From Candidatus Aminicenantes bacterium (GTDB lineage Bacteria > Acidobacteriota > Aminicenantia > UBA2199), in NCBI GenBank assembly GCA_011049425.1, contig DSBM01000125.1:1553-65552 (forward strand): a stretch of DNA of 64,000 nt, written 5' to 3'. The notes below the pieces were generated by a model, which was not told the DNA's origin, ran no database searches, and was given only the letters and a program-made list of their open reading frames with translations. Position numbers and translations under genes: made by a program. Below are positions 28,372 through 37,998 of this stretch, one piece after another (the first letter of the stretch is position 1; every line of letters begins with the position of its first letter).

Positions 28372-29415
28372 ATGAAGTTCAATGCCTATTTCGTTGCCCT
28401 GAAGCACGAAGAACTTCATTTCACGGGCAGGGTTTCACTGGGGAACAGCAACCTGCAGGCAACCTTCACTCGTGTAGATACGGGGCTGTATACCGCGCAT
28501 TTTAAACAGCAGATCTTTCTGCGGCACCACCAGTTTATGCGCCTGGGTAACCGCGATATCCCCGGTGACGTTCTATTGCCGGTATTGTCCAAGTACAACA
28601 AGCGCAAATTGCGCAAGATTGCTCATATCCTGCAAACCCATCCCGATCCGGATCCCGGCCAAATCGTTCTTCTTTTGCTTGAGGTCGACCGCTTTCTGGA
28701 AGCCGGGCTCATTCTGGACTTCTATGCCATTTCACATGCAGAAATGTTGCAACGCCTAGTTCAATCTGAATTGCGTGGTGAATTGAAACTCATCGAAACC
28801 CTGCCTTTGCTGGTCACATCCCAGGACAGTTTGGCGCGCTTGCGCAAATCCATGAGGGAGTGGCTGGAAGCCAAGCGGGAAAAAAGCACCCGAGCCATCC
28901 CCCTGACGCATTTGGAATTTCACCTGAAGATCCCGCATTCTTCACTGCTCTTTCGCTACCTTTTGTTTCCTGAAACCCAATCCGGGACATTTCGCCTCCT
29001 GGACGATCAGATCACATTCCCGCGCCAGGGTTTATCAGTGAAAGAAAAAGAAAATATCCGCTTGATCGAGGAAGAGGTCCAACGCCGGCACAAAGTGGTG
29101 TTTTCCATCGACGATCTGCTGCACACGTCGGGGTTATCATATCCTTCGATCAACAGTGCGTTGTGGTTCCTCTTAAACGAAGAACAGGTCGTGCGACTGA
29201 ACGAGCGGGATTTTGTTTTTCAAGCGGATCTGGCCAAAATCATCAACCGCCTGAAAAAATTCAAACGCAACCAGGGAGATATGATCGACATCGCCACATT
29301 CCGTGAATTGACCGCTTTGAGTCGGCGCGCCATTATCCCCTTACTGGAATACATGGACACACGCCAGATCACGGCACGAACGGGTGACCGCCGCAGAATC
29401 CTTTTAACCGTATAA
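28372..29415 (+). CDS. SelB C-terminal homologue (EF-Tu-like domain III + four winged-helix domains) lacking GTPase domain; possible selB remnant
   Basis: 347 aa; C-terminus IATFRELTALSRRAIIPLLEYMDTRQITARTGDRRRIL matches SelB WH4; N-terminal FTGRVSLGNSNL...GNRDIPGDVLLP resembles translation-factor beta-barrel domain; in-frame stop 42 nt upstream (28330) so no G-domain. Confidence 0.6.
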   Translation: MKFNAYFVALKHEELHFTGRVSLGNSNLQATFTRVDTGLYTAHFKQQIFLRHHQFMRLGNRDIPGDVLLPVLSKYNKRKLRKIAHILQTHPDPDPGQIVLLLLEVDRFLEAGLILDFYAISHAEMLQRLVQSELRGELKLIETLPLLVTSQDSLARLRKSMREWLEAKREKSTRAIPLTHLEFHLKIPHSSLLFRYLLFPETQSGTFRLLDDQITFPRQGLSVKEKENIRLIEEEVQRRHKVVFSIDDLLHTSGLSYPSINSALWFLLNEEQVVRLNERDFVFQADLAKIINRLKKFKRNQGDMIDIATFRELTALSRRAIIPLLEYMDTRQITARTGDRRRILLTV

Positions 29416-29435
29416 TTCAAAAATCAGATAAACGC

Positions 29436-30434
29436 CTATTGGTTTAAACGGGTTTTGGCCGCAGCCAGAACAGAGTTAAATCCCTGATCCTGATCTTCCT
29501 GGGTCTGCCCCTTCGTCTTGACATTGTAGTAGAGGTGGCGGAGCAGTTTATATACCCGGGACTGCGTCGATGGATTCATCTGGTAGGCCTCGGAGAGATA
29601 GCGGATGGCCTTGTCCACGTCTTTAGACTGGGAAAGAACCGCTATGTTGTAAGCGGTCTTGATATTGCGCCGGATTTTGTAGGCCTGTTCCAGGTAGTTG
29701 ATGGCCTTGTCTTTATTGCCCATCTTTGAATACCATACGGCCAGGGCACTGATGTAGCGGGTATTATCGGACTCTTTCTCCACCAGTTGTTCCATGATTG
29801 AAACCGCCTCTTGTTTGCGGTTGAGGTTAAACAAACCGTTGCAAAGAGAGAACAGCAGGTCGGCATTCTTGCGCACTGGTTCCACGTTATAGGCTTCCAG
29901 CCCCTTGCGGGCGGCCTGGGAGATCATTTCCGGATCGTCTTTTCCCCGGGCATACAGGGTTTGAATTTGAATGCGCAGGGCCGGGGCGATGTATTGCTTG
30001 TCATACTTTCCGTGGGAATCTTTGCCCTCACTGGCCTTTAATTCCCCGGCCAGGGCGATTACCTGTTCCGCATACGCATGGGCTTTCTCCAAGTCCGTCT
30101 TGGTGACGTTGTAGGAATTGGACAGCCACAAGCACAGGTTGAGTTTGTTTTTCAGATCCAGGTCTTTATGGGTCAGGGCTTTCTCTCCGAACGCAATGGT
30201 CTTCTCAAACTGTTTTAACTGGTAAGTCGTCAGGGCCAGATTCAAATAGAGCAGACGGGCCCGCTCGTCCTGGTCCTGGCCGAATTTGCTTTCATATTCC
30301 TGGAGCAGGGTCAGTTTGGCTTCCAGATTGTTTTCCTGACTGATCCTGGACCACAAATCCTGTTTTTCATCCGCCAACAAAAAAAACGATGATATCATCA
30401 TAATGATCAATAGCAACACAAATTGTTTTTTCAT
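29436..30434 (-). CDS. secreted TPR-repeat protein
   Basis: 332 aa; signal peptide MKKQFVLLLIIMMISSFFLLA; multiple 34-residue TPR-like repeats (AxxYxxLGxxYxxxGxxxxA pattern). Confidence 0.7.
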   Translation of the reverse strand: MKKQFVLLLIIMMISSFFLLADEKQDLWSRISQENNLEAKLTLLQEYESKFGQDQDERARLLYLNLALTTYQLKQFEKTIAFGEKALTHKDLDLKNKLNLCLWLSNSYNVTKTDLEKAHAYAEQVIALAGELKASEGKDSHGKYDKQYIAPALRIQIQTLYARGKDDPEMISQAARKGLEAYNVEPVRKNADLLFSLCNGLFNLNRKQEAVSIMEQLVEKESDNTRYISALAVWYSKMGNKDKAINYLEQAYKIRRNIKTAYNIAVLSQSKDVDKAIRYLSEAYQMNPSTQSRVYKLLRHLYYNVKTKGQTQEDQDQGFNSVLAAAKTRLNQ

Positions 30435-30641
30435 ATGGAATCCTCCACAGAGCAGACTGAATCCGCCAAGATTTCCTTTGAAAAATAATTATATAAGTTG
30501 ATCGCTGGAAATGTCAAGGGTTTCCAAAGCACGGCACTGCTTGAAATTTCCCCGGGGGTGTGCTAGTTTTGGATCAGAATTGCAACGGATGGATCCGAGG
30601 CTTCTAGAGTGCCGTCCGGTCCGGATCGTGTGGAGATGATT

Positions 30642-31736
30642 ATGAAGAAAACCCGAATCAACCATGCCCATTACCAGTTAAACGGGAAGATGGTGGATTT
30701 TGCCGGCTGGGACCTTCCGGTTCAGTACTCCGGTGTCAAAGAGGAACACCTCGCTGTTCGTCATACCGGAGGAATCTTTGACGTCAGCCATATGGGTGAA
30801 ATCTTTTTGCGCGGCCCGCAGGCCCTGGATGCCGTGCAATACATATCTTCCAACAACGCCGCCCGGCTCGAACCCGGCCGTATTCAATATTCCGGCCTTC
30901 TCACCGAAAAAGGCTGTTTTGTGGATGACATGCTGGTTCACAAATTGTCCGATTCCGAATATTTGCTGGTGGTGAACGCGGCCAACCTGGAGAAAGATGC
31001 GGCATGGATCCGCGAAAAAACAGAGACTTTTAATGTGGAAATCCATAATGAGAGTGAAGAGTACTCCCAGATTGCCATCCAGGGACCCAAAGCCCGGGTG
31101 CTGCTGTCGCAATTTACAGAAGCCGACCTCCAAAAGATCAGGTACTACTCTTTTGTTTTTACTGAAATTCAGGGCGTTGCCGCGCTGATATCGCGTACGG
31201 GTTACACCGGCGAAGATGGATTTGAAGTGTACTTTAAATCCGATGAAGCGTTCGCAACCTCCCTTTTCCTGGACTTCGTCCGCCAGGGGGAATCCCTGGG
31301 AATTGTCCCCGCCGGCCTTGGAGCCCGCGACACCCTGAGGCTGGAAGCCGGTATGGCGCTCTACGGAAACGACATCGATGACAGCCATACCGTGCTGGAA
31401 GCGGGACTGGGCTGGATCTTGAAATTCAAGAAAAAAGATTTCATCGGCCGCGATGTGCTCTTGCGCCAGAAAGAAGAAGGCATCCAGCGCCGCCTGGCCG
31501 GATTTGAGGTTTTTGGACGGGGCATCGCCCGCCATGGTTACCCCGTATTGTGGCAGGGAAAAGAGTTTTCACAGGTAACCAGCGGTACCATGGCCCCTTT
31601 TCTGAATAAAGCCATCGGCATGACATATCTGCCGCCCGAGGCCACCGAACCCGGAACACGGTTTCATATCATGATCCACAACCGCGACGTGGAGGCCCGG
31701 GTCACAAAGATGCCTTTTTACCAGCGGGAGAGTTGA
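30642..31736 (+). CDS. gcvT: glycine cleavage system aminomethyltransferase T protein
   Basis: ORF 30609-31736; start placed at ATG 30642 (RBS GGAG 6 nt upstream); GGIFDVSHMGEI and folate-binding domain typical of GcvT. Confidence 0.9.
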   Translation: MKKTRINHAHYQLNGKMVDFAGWDLPVQYSGVKEEHLAVRHTGGIFDVSHMGEIFLRGPQALDAVQYISSNNAARLEPGRIQYSGLLTEKGCFVDDMLVHKLSDSEYLLVVNAANLEKDAAWIREKTETFNVEIHNESEEYSQIAIQGPKARVLLSQFTEADLQKIRYYSFVFTEIQGVAALISRTGYTGEDGFEVYFKSDEAFATSLFLDFVRQGESLGIVPAGLGARDTLRLEAGMALYGNDIDDSHTVLEAGLGWILKFKKKDFIGRDVLLRQKEEGIQRRLAGFEVFGRGIARHGYPVLWQGKEFSQVTSGTMAPFLNKAIGMTYLPPEATEPGTRFHIMIHNRDVEARVTKMPFYQRES

Positions 31737-31833
31737 TGCGGGAAACTTCGGGGAGTTGCCATGCAACCTGTATCCGCGGCAAGTCCCGCACAAAAATATA
31801 GCTGAAAAAAAAATTCAGGTTAGGAGAAAAAAA

Positions 31834-32208
31834 ATGAGTGCTGACGCCTTGAAATTCACCAAGGATCACGAATGGGTCCGATTGGAAGGTGACATCGCGG
31901 TAATGGGCATCTCTGAGCATGCCCAACACGAATTGGGCGATGTGGTTTATGTGGAACTCCCGGCCGTGGGCGATTCCATCAAGCGCGGAGATGCCTTGGC
32001 CAATGTGGAGTCGGTCAAAGCCGTTAGCGACGTCTACGCTCCGGTAAGCGGTGAAATCGTCGCGGTTAACGAAAACCTGGAAGACCACCCCGAACAGATC
32101 AACAAGGATGCCGAAGGCGGCGGCTGGATCGCCAAGATCAAGATTTCCGATGCAGCGGAACTGGACGAGTTGATGCCGGCGGAAGATTACCGGAAAATGA
32201 TTTCCTGA
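31834..32208 (+). CDS. gcvH: glycine cleavage system H protein
   Basis: ORF trimmed to ATG 31834 (RBS AGGAG); lipoyl-lysine motif ESVKAVSDVYAPVSGEIV. Confidence 0.9.
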   Translation: MSADALKFTKDHEWVRLEGDIAVMGISEHAQHELGDVVYVELPAVGDSIKRGDALANVESVKAVSDVYAPVSGEIVAVNENLEDHPEQINKDAEGGGWIAKIKISDAAELDELMPAEDYRKMIS

Positions 32209-32223
32209 CTAGAGGAGAACGCC

Positions 32224-33573
32224 ATGAGGTTCCTGCCATTGACGGATGCTGACCGGGAATCGATGCACAACTGCCTGGGAATCAAGGATTCGGCGCAGTT
32301 ATTTGCCGATATTCCAGATAAATTCCGCTTTCCCCCCCTGAACGAGATTCCTGAAGCCTTAAGTGAGAACCGCCTGCTGGAACGATTCCGTGAACTTGCC
32401 GCGGCCAACCGTCACGATGAATATCTGCCATTCCTCGGTGCCGGTGCTTACCGCCATTTCATTCCGGAAGTCGTGTCACTTCTCAGCGCCAAGGGAGAAT
32501 TTCTGACACCCTATACCCCTTATCAACCTGAGGTCAGTCAGGGAAGCCTGCAAGCCATTTTTGAGTACCAGACCATGATCACGCAGCTCACCGGGATGGA
32601 CCTTTCGAATGCATCTCTCTATGACGGCGGCACCGCGGCGGCGGAAGCCCTGTTGCTGATGCAACGAAAATCCCGGCGTCCCCGTATCCTGGTGGCGGAA
32701 AGCCTGCACCCCGAATACAGGGAAATCATTCAATCGTATATCCAGAATCTGGGCATTCAGACGGAAACCGTGCCTATGGATCCAGCCACCGCCCGTGTGG
32801 ACCTGGAAAAGTTGAAAGCCCTGCTGAATCCGGAAACCGGGGGATTAATCTTTCAGTCTCCCAATTTCTTCGGTGTCATCGAGGAATCCGCGGCCATTGC
32901 GGAACTCACGCATTCAGTTGACGCCTACGCCGCCCAAATCGTAACCGAAGCCATGTCACTGGCGTTTCTCAAGCCGCCGGGTGAACTCGGTGTCGACCTT
33001 GTAGCCGGTGAAGCCCAGAGTTTCGGTTTGCCGCTGGGATTCGGCGGCCCATACCTGGGATTCATGGCAACCAAAACGGAATTTCTGCGTCAGCTTCCCG
33101 GCCGCATCGTCGGTGAAACGAAAGACCTGGAAGGGCGCCGCGGCTACGTGCTCACCCTCTCGACCCGTGAGCAGCACATCAAACGTGAACGAGCCACGTC
33201 AAACATCTGTACCAACCAGGCCTGGTGCGCAGTGCGAGCCGCCATGTACATGGCCACCATGGGGCACGACGGTTTAATCAACATCGCCCAGACCAATCAC
33301 ACCAACACCTCCTACTTCGCGGACCGGGTAAACTCCCTGCCAAACATGGAGTTGGTGTTCCCGCGCAATTTCTTTAACGAAGTGGTGGTGCGGGTTAAAA
33401 ACAGGCACGTAGACGACCTGCTTTCCCAGTTGGAAAGCCACCGCATTCTGGGAGGCGTGCCATTGCAGTGGTTTGCCCCGGACTACGCGGATTGCCTGCT
33501 GATCAACATCACGGAGATGCACCGGAAAAGCGAAATTGACCGCCTGCTGAACGCCATGGGAGGTACGCTGTGA
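32224..33573 (+). CDS. gcvPA: glycine dehydrogenase (decarboxylating) subunit 1
   Basis: 449 aa N-terminal half of P-protein; typical split-P arrangement, 4-nt overlap with gcvPB. Confidence 0.9.
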   Translation: MRFLPLTDADRESMHNCLGIKDSAQLFADIPDKFRFPPLNEIPEALSENRLLERFRELAAANRHDEYLPFLGAGAYRHFIPEVVSLLSAKGEFLTPYTPYQPEVSQGSLQAIFEYQTMITQLTGMDLSNASLYDGGTAAAEALLLMQRKSRRPRILVAESLHPEYREIIQSYIQNLGIQTETVPMDPATARVDLEKLKALLNPETGGLIFQSPNFFGVIEESAAIAELTHSVDAYAAQIVTEAMSLAFLKPPGELGVDLVAGEAQSFGLPLGFGGPYLGFMATKTEFLRQLPGRIVGETKDLEGRRGYVLTLSTREQHIKRERATSNICTNQAWCAVRAAMYMATMGHDGLINIAQTNHTNTSYFADRVNSLPNMELVFPRNFFNEVVVRVKNRHVDDLLSQLESHRILGGVPLQWFAPDYADCLLINITEMHRKSEIDRLLNAMGGTL

Positions 33574-35015
33574 ACACCCTGCCCGAACTGTTGTTTGACA
33601 AGAGCCGACGCGGAAAGATCGGTTACTCTTTTGACTCCGATCCCATGCCGGAAACAAAGGAATATGTGGATCCTGAACTGCAGCGAAGCGACATTCACGG
33701 TTTCCCCAGTTTATCGGAAGTCGAGATCGTGCGCCACTACACCAACCTGAGCCACCTCAACCACTCCGTGGATTCGGGATTCTACCCCCTGGGGTCCTGT
33801 ACCATGAAGTACAATCCCAAAGTCAACGAAACCATAGCCGCCATACCTTCATTTACAAACGCACACCCATACACACCCCACCATCTGGTAAAAGGCAATA
33901 TCGATATCATGCGCGATCTGGAGGCCCGGCTGTGCGCAATCACGGGAATGAAGGCCTTCTCACTGGCCCCGGCGGCAGGCGCCCACGGCGAATTGACTGG
34001 AATGATGATAATCCGGCGCTGCTTGAGCGATCGTGGGAATCCCCGCCGTATCGTGTTGATCCCTGACTCCGCTCACGGAACAAACCCCGCGTCCGCCCAT
34101 TTCGCCGGATACAGTGTAAAAGAGATCCCATCGGGTCCGGACGGCGTACTTGAGCCCGAAGCCCTCAAGGCGCATCTGGACAAGGATGTCGCCGCTCTAA
34201 TGCTGACCAATCCCAATACACTGGGAATATTTGAACGGCACATATGTGAACTTGCGGCGGCCCTGCATGATAACGGCTCCATGCTGTATATGGACGGCGC
34301 AAACATGAACGCGCTGCTGGGCATCGTCCGCCCCGGGGACTTGGGTGTAGACGTCCTGCACTTGAACCTGCACAAGACTTTTGCTACGCCTCATGGCGGC
34401 GGAGGACCGGGATCCGGACCCGTCGGCGTGGCCGAACACCTGGCGCCTTTCCTGCCTCCACCCGTGATTCCCGCAGCGGACGGCTCTCGCCCCCGCTACC
34501 ACATCCCCGACACCATCGGACGCATCAAGAATTTCTACGGAAATTTCCTGGTCATGGTCCGCGCCCTGGCCTACCTGATGAGCCTGGGGCGCCATGGCCT
34601 GCGCCTTGTCGCTGAAGATGCCGTGCTGAACGCAAACTACATCCGCTGCCGCCTCAGTGAAGTGTTGGACCTTCCTTATCAATCCCGCACCCTGCACGAA
34701 GTCGTGTTCTCTGATAAAGACTTACCCGTGTCAACCCTGGATATCGCCAAACGCCTGCTGGATTACGGCATTCATCCCTTTACCATTTACTTCCCGCTGA
34801 TTGTTCGCGGCGCCATGATGATCGAACCCACGGAAACAGAAAGCCTGGAAACCCTTGACCGTTTTATAGCCGCCATGAAAGAGATCCTGGCGGAAGCGGA
34901 AAATGATGCGGATACGGTACGCAATGCACCCCACAACACCCCGCTGCGTCGCCTGGATGAAGTTCAGGCCGCGCGCCATCCGGTATTGAGGTGGCAACCC
35001 CAGGAACAGGAATGA
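33570..35015 (+). CDS. gcvPB: glycine dehydrogenase (decarboxylating) subunit 2
   Basis: 481 aa; PLP-lysine region LHLNLHKTFATPHGGGGPG. Confidence 0.9.
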   Translation: MNTLPELLFDKSRRGKIGYSFDSDPMPETKEYVDPELQRSDIHGFPSLSEVEIVRHYTNLSHLNHSVDSGFYPLGSCTMKYNPKVNETIAAIPSFTNAHPYTPHHLVKGNIDIMRDLEARLCAITGMKAFSLAPAAGAHGELTGMMIIRRCLSDRGNPRRIVLIPDSAHGTNPASAHFAGYSVKEIPSGPDGVLEPEALKAHLDKDVAALMLTNPNTLGIFERHICELAAALHDNGSMLYMDGANMNALLGIVRPGDLGVDVLHLNLHKTFATPHGGGGPGSGPVGVAEHLAPFLPPPVIPAADGSRPRYHIPDTIGRIKNFYGNFLVMVRALAYLMSLGRHGLRLVAEDAVLNANYIRCRLSEVLDLPYQSRTLHEVVFSDKDLPVSTLDIAKRLLDYGIHPFTIYFPLIVRGAMMIEPTETESLETLDRFIAAMKEILAEAENDADTVRNAPHNTPLRRLDEVQAARHPVLRWQPQEQE

Positions 35016-35019
35016 GATC

Positions 35020-35898
35020 ATGAGCCTTCAGGATATCATCCTCAAACTTCAGGAATTCTGGTCCCTGAACGGCTGCGTAATTGCTTCAGGATATGACCTG
35101 GAAGTCGGCGCCGGCACCATGACCCCGGACACGTTCTTCCGCGTTCTGGGAACGCGCCCCTGGAAAGTCGCCTACTGGCAACCTTCGCGCCGCCCCGACG
35201 ACGGACGCTATGGAGACAATCCCAACCGCGTTCAAAAACACAACCAGTTCCAGGTCATCCTAAAGCCCATTCCCACTGATGGCCAATCCCTGTATCTCAA
35301 CAGCCTCTATCATCTGGGCGTAGATATCCGCAACCACGACATCAAGTTCGACGAAGACAACTGGGCGTCTCCATCACTGGGCGCCTGGGGAGTGGGTTGG
35401 CAGGTGATGTGTGACGGATTGGAAATCACCCAGTTCACCTATTTTCAGCAGGCCGGCGGCAAGGAGTTGAACCCCAATTCCCTTGAGATCACCTATGGCG
35501 TTGAGCGCCTGGCCAGTTTTCTGGATCGCAAAAGCAATATATACGACCTGGAATGGGGGCACAAAACCTCCTACCGCGATCTGCGCCATGAAGAAGAACG
35601 CCAGTTTTCCATTTACAACTTCGAAGCGGCAAACATTCCCATGCTGCGTGACACCTTCCGCATGTACCGCGACGAAGCTACGCACCTGGTGGAAAACGGC
35701 CTGTACCTGCCCGCTTATGACTACCTGCTCAAATGCTCTCACACCTTTAATATCATGGATGCCCGCAAGGCCATATCCGTGGCGGAGCGAACCACGCTTA
35801 TGGCGGAAATGCGCGACCTTGCCGGAGCCATTGCCGGCCTGTACCTGAAACGGATCCAGCCTCAGGCGGAACCCGGGGAGGGTGAACAGAATGGCTGA
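35020..35898 (+). CDS. glyQ: glycine--tRNA ligase alpha subunit
   Basis: 292 aa; near-identical motif set to E. coli GlyQ (EVGAGT, QPSRRPDDGRYGDNPNR, TQFTYFQQAGG). Confidence 0.95.
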   Translation: MSLQDIILKLQEFWSLNGCVIASGYDLEVGAGTMTPDTFFRVLGTRPWKVAYWQPSRRPDDGRYGDNPNRVQKHNQFQVILKPIPTDGQSLYLNSLYHLGVDIRNHDIKFDEDNWASPSLGAWGVGWQVMCDGLEITQFTYFQQAGGKELNPNSLEITYGVERLASFLDRKSNIYDLEWGHKTSYRDLRHEEERQFSIYNFEAANIPMLRDTFRMYRDEATHLVENGLYLPAYDYLLKCSHTFNIMDARKAISVAERTTLMAEMRDLAGAIAGLYLKRIQPQAEPGEGEQNG

Positions 35899-37963
35899 CT
35901 TTTTGTTTGAACTCGGCGTTGAAGAGGTTCCGGTATCCGAAGCTCCACGGATCCGCGACCAGTTGGCGGGCGCTTTCCGGATGGAACTTGAAAATGAGCA
36001 CCTGGGTATGGACACAATGGAAGTTGCGGCCACCAACCGGCGCTTCATGGTGTATATCACCGGCCTGCCTCATCAGGCAAGTGACCGCACTGAAGTCTTG
36101 ACCGGCCCATCCAAACGCATCGCCTACGATGATGCCGGGAACCCGGCCGTTCCCCTGCTCAAATTTCTGGAAGCCAACGGTACGGCCCTGGATGACGTTC
36201 AGGAAGTGGAAACCGCCAAAGGGGTGTATATGGCGGTTGAGCGCCGCCACAAAGGCCAGAAGTCCCAGCGCGTGTTCGAAAAAGCCATTCCACGAATCCT
36301 CGCCGGCCTGACCTTCCGCAAAGCCATGGTCTGGAACGATTCTCGAGTTGCTTTTATCCGGCCCATCCGCAACATACTGGCCATTCTGGACGGAGAGCTC
36401 ATTGCCGTGGAATTCGCCGGCATTCGATCCTCCCAGGAAATCGACGCCCATCCCCTGCTGGCTGAGGACAAACTGGAGATCCACTCTTACCGGGACTACA
36501 TCGAAAAACTGCACAAGAACTTCGTCATTGCCGCAGAGCGTGAACGGGAAAAGATCATCCTGCAGGATGCGATCTCGTTGGCTGCAGACCTTGAAACCAC
36601 CGTTGAAATCGATATGGACATGCTGCGGTACTATGTGTTTAACAACGAGTACCCCGTGGTATTTTCAGGGGAATTCGACCGCCGCTACCTGACCCTTCCC
36701 CAGGAGATCATTTCGGAATTCATGCGCAACGAGAAAAAGCTCCATCCCCTCCACGATAGTTCCGGACGCATGATCAACCACTTCATCGGCGTATCCAACG
36801 TGCCGGATGAACACCGGAATGTGGCTGGAGGCAACGAGAAAGTCATTAAGGCCACTTTCGAGGACGCATCCTTTTTCTGGGAATCCGACCGCACGGAAGA
36901 TTTCCCCGTCCTGCGCGAAAAACTCTCCGCCCTGGTATTCCACGAAGGACTGGGCTCTTTTCAGGATAAGTCCAGCCGCATTCAGACCCTGGTTGCATAT
37001 CTTTGCCGTCTGACAAACAACAACTCCATGACCGAAGACCTCAAAAAAGCCGCGGAATGGTGCAAAAACGACTTGGTCACCCGCATGGTGGGCGAGTTCC
37101 CCTCTCTTCAGGGCATCATGGGCGGTCTTTACTTGAGGGAAACCGGGGTTTCCGAGTCGATCTGGCGCCCGGTCTACGCTCATTATGAACCTCGGGGTTT
37201 CACACAGGATCCCATCAACCACCTGGGTGGTGGTTTGTTGTCCATCTGCGACAAGATCGACAACATCACCGCTTTCTTATCCAAAGGCATCCGCTCATCC
37301 AGCTCCAGCGATCCCTACGGCATCCGCCGGGACGCCAATGCCGTTATCAAAGTGATCCTGGACCTGGGTCTGGATTTCAGCCTTTCAGACCTGATCGGGC
37401 ATGCCTGCAACTTGCTGGTGACGGATGAAACCGAAAGAAATATCCTGATGCGGAAGGTGGAGAACCTCTTCTACATCCGCCTGGATAACATCATGCGTGA
37501 AAATCTGGCCATCCGGCACGATGTGGCCGAAGCCGTCATTACCAATGCGAATCTGCAGATCTATCGCCTTTATCTTAAAACGCTTGAGATCTCGGAAATG
37601 CTCGGCACCCCCGCGATTCAGCCCTTGGTGATCCTGCACAAACGGGTAAAGAACATCTCTCGAAGCGATGACGAAGTGGGAGATGTGGTCCCGGAACAGC
37701 TTCAGGACCAGGAAGAAAAGGTGCTTTACGAGACCCTGAGGCAAACGGAACCCACCATCCACCGCCACCTGGAACTGCGGGAATTTCGAGCCGTGGCCGC
37801 GGAAATCCTGCAAATGAAGCCGTTGATCGACAATTTCTTTGATAACGTCCTGGTCATGGCCAAGCAAGAGGATCTGCGGCGCAACCGCATCGCCCTGGTG
37901 CGCAAGATCGATCATACCCTGATGCAGGTGGCTGATTTCAGCCGTATCATGGAATCCGAGTGA
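35882..37963 (+). CDS. glyS: glycine--tRNA ligase beta subunit
   Basis: 693 aa following glyQ with 17-nt overlap; length and position consistent with GlyS. Confidence 0.85.
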   Translation: MNRMADFLFELGVEEVPVSEAPRIRDQLAGAFRMELENEHLGMDTMEVAATNRRFMVYITGLPHQASDRTEVLTGPSKRIAYDDAGNPAVPLLKFLEANGTALDDVQEVETAKGVYMAVERRHKGQKSQRVFEKAIPRILAGLTFRKAMVWNDSRVAFIRPIRNILAILDGELIAVEFAGIRSSQEIDAHPLLAEDKLEIHSYRDYIEKLHKNFVIAAEREREKIILQDAISLAADLETTVEIDMDMLRYYVFNNEYPVVFSGEFDRRYLTLPQEIISEFMRNEKKLHPLHDSSGRMINHFIGVSNVPDEHRNVAGGNEKVIKATFEDASFFWESDRTEDFPVLREKLSALVFHEGLGSFQDKSSRIQTLVAYLCRLTNNNSMTEDLKKAAEWCKNDLVTRMVGEFPSLQGIMGGLYLRETGVSESIWRPVYAHYEPRGFTQDPINHLGGGLLSICDKIDNITAFLSKGIRSSSSSDPYGIRRDANAVIKVILDLGLDFSLSDLIGHACNLLVTDETERNILMRKVENLFYIRLDNIMRENLAIRHDVAEAVITNANLQIYRLYLKTLEISEMLGTPAIQPLVILHKRVKNISRSDDEVGDVVPEQLQDQEEKVLYETLRQTEPTIHRHLELREFRAVAAEILQMKPLIDNFFDNVLVMAKQEDLRRNRIALVRKIDHTLMQVADFSRIMESE

Positions 37964-37998
37964 GCCGCTGAGAATCTCTCCAGAAGCTCGTAAAGGAG

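Noticed and set aside
30435-30641. Looked for a glycine riboswitch in front of gcvT
   Set aside because: None of the conserved glycine-aptamer cores (GGAGAG / ACCGAAGGGGCAA-type elements) are present by eye. Only a short palindrome and an RBS were found. A covariance-model scan is still needed.
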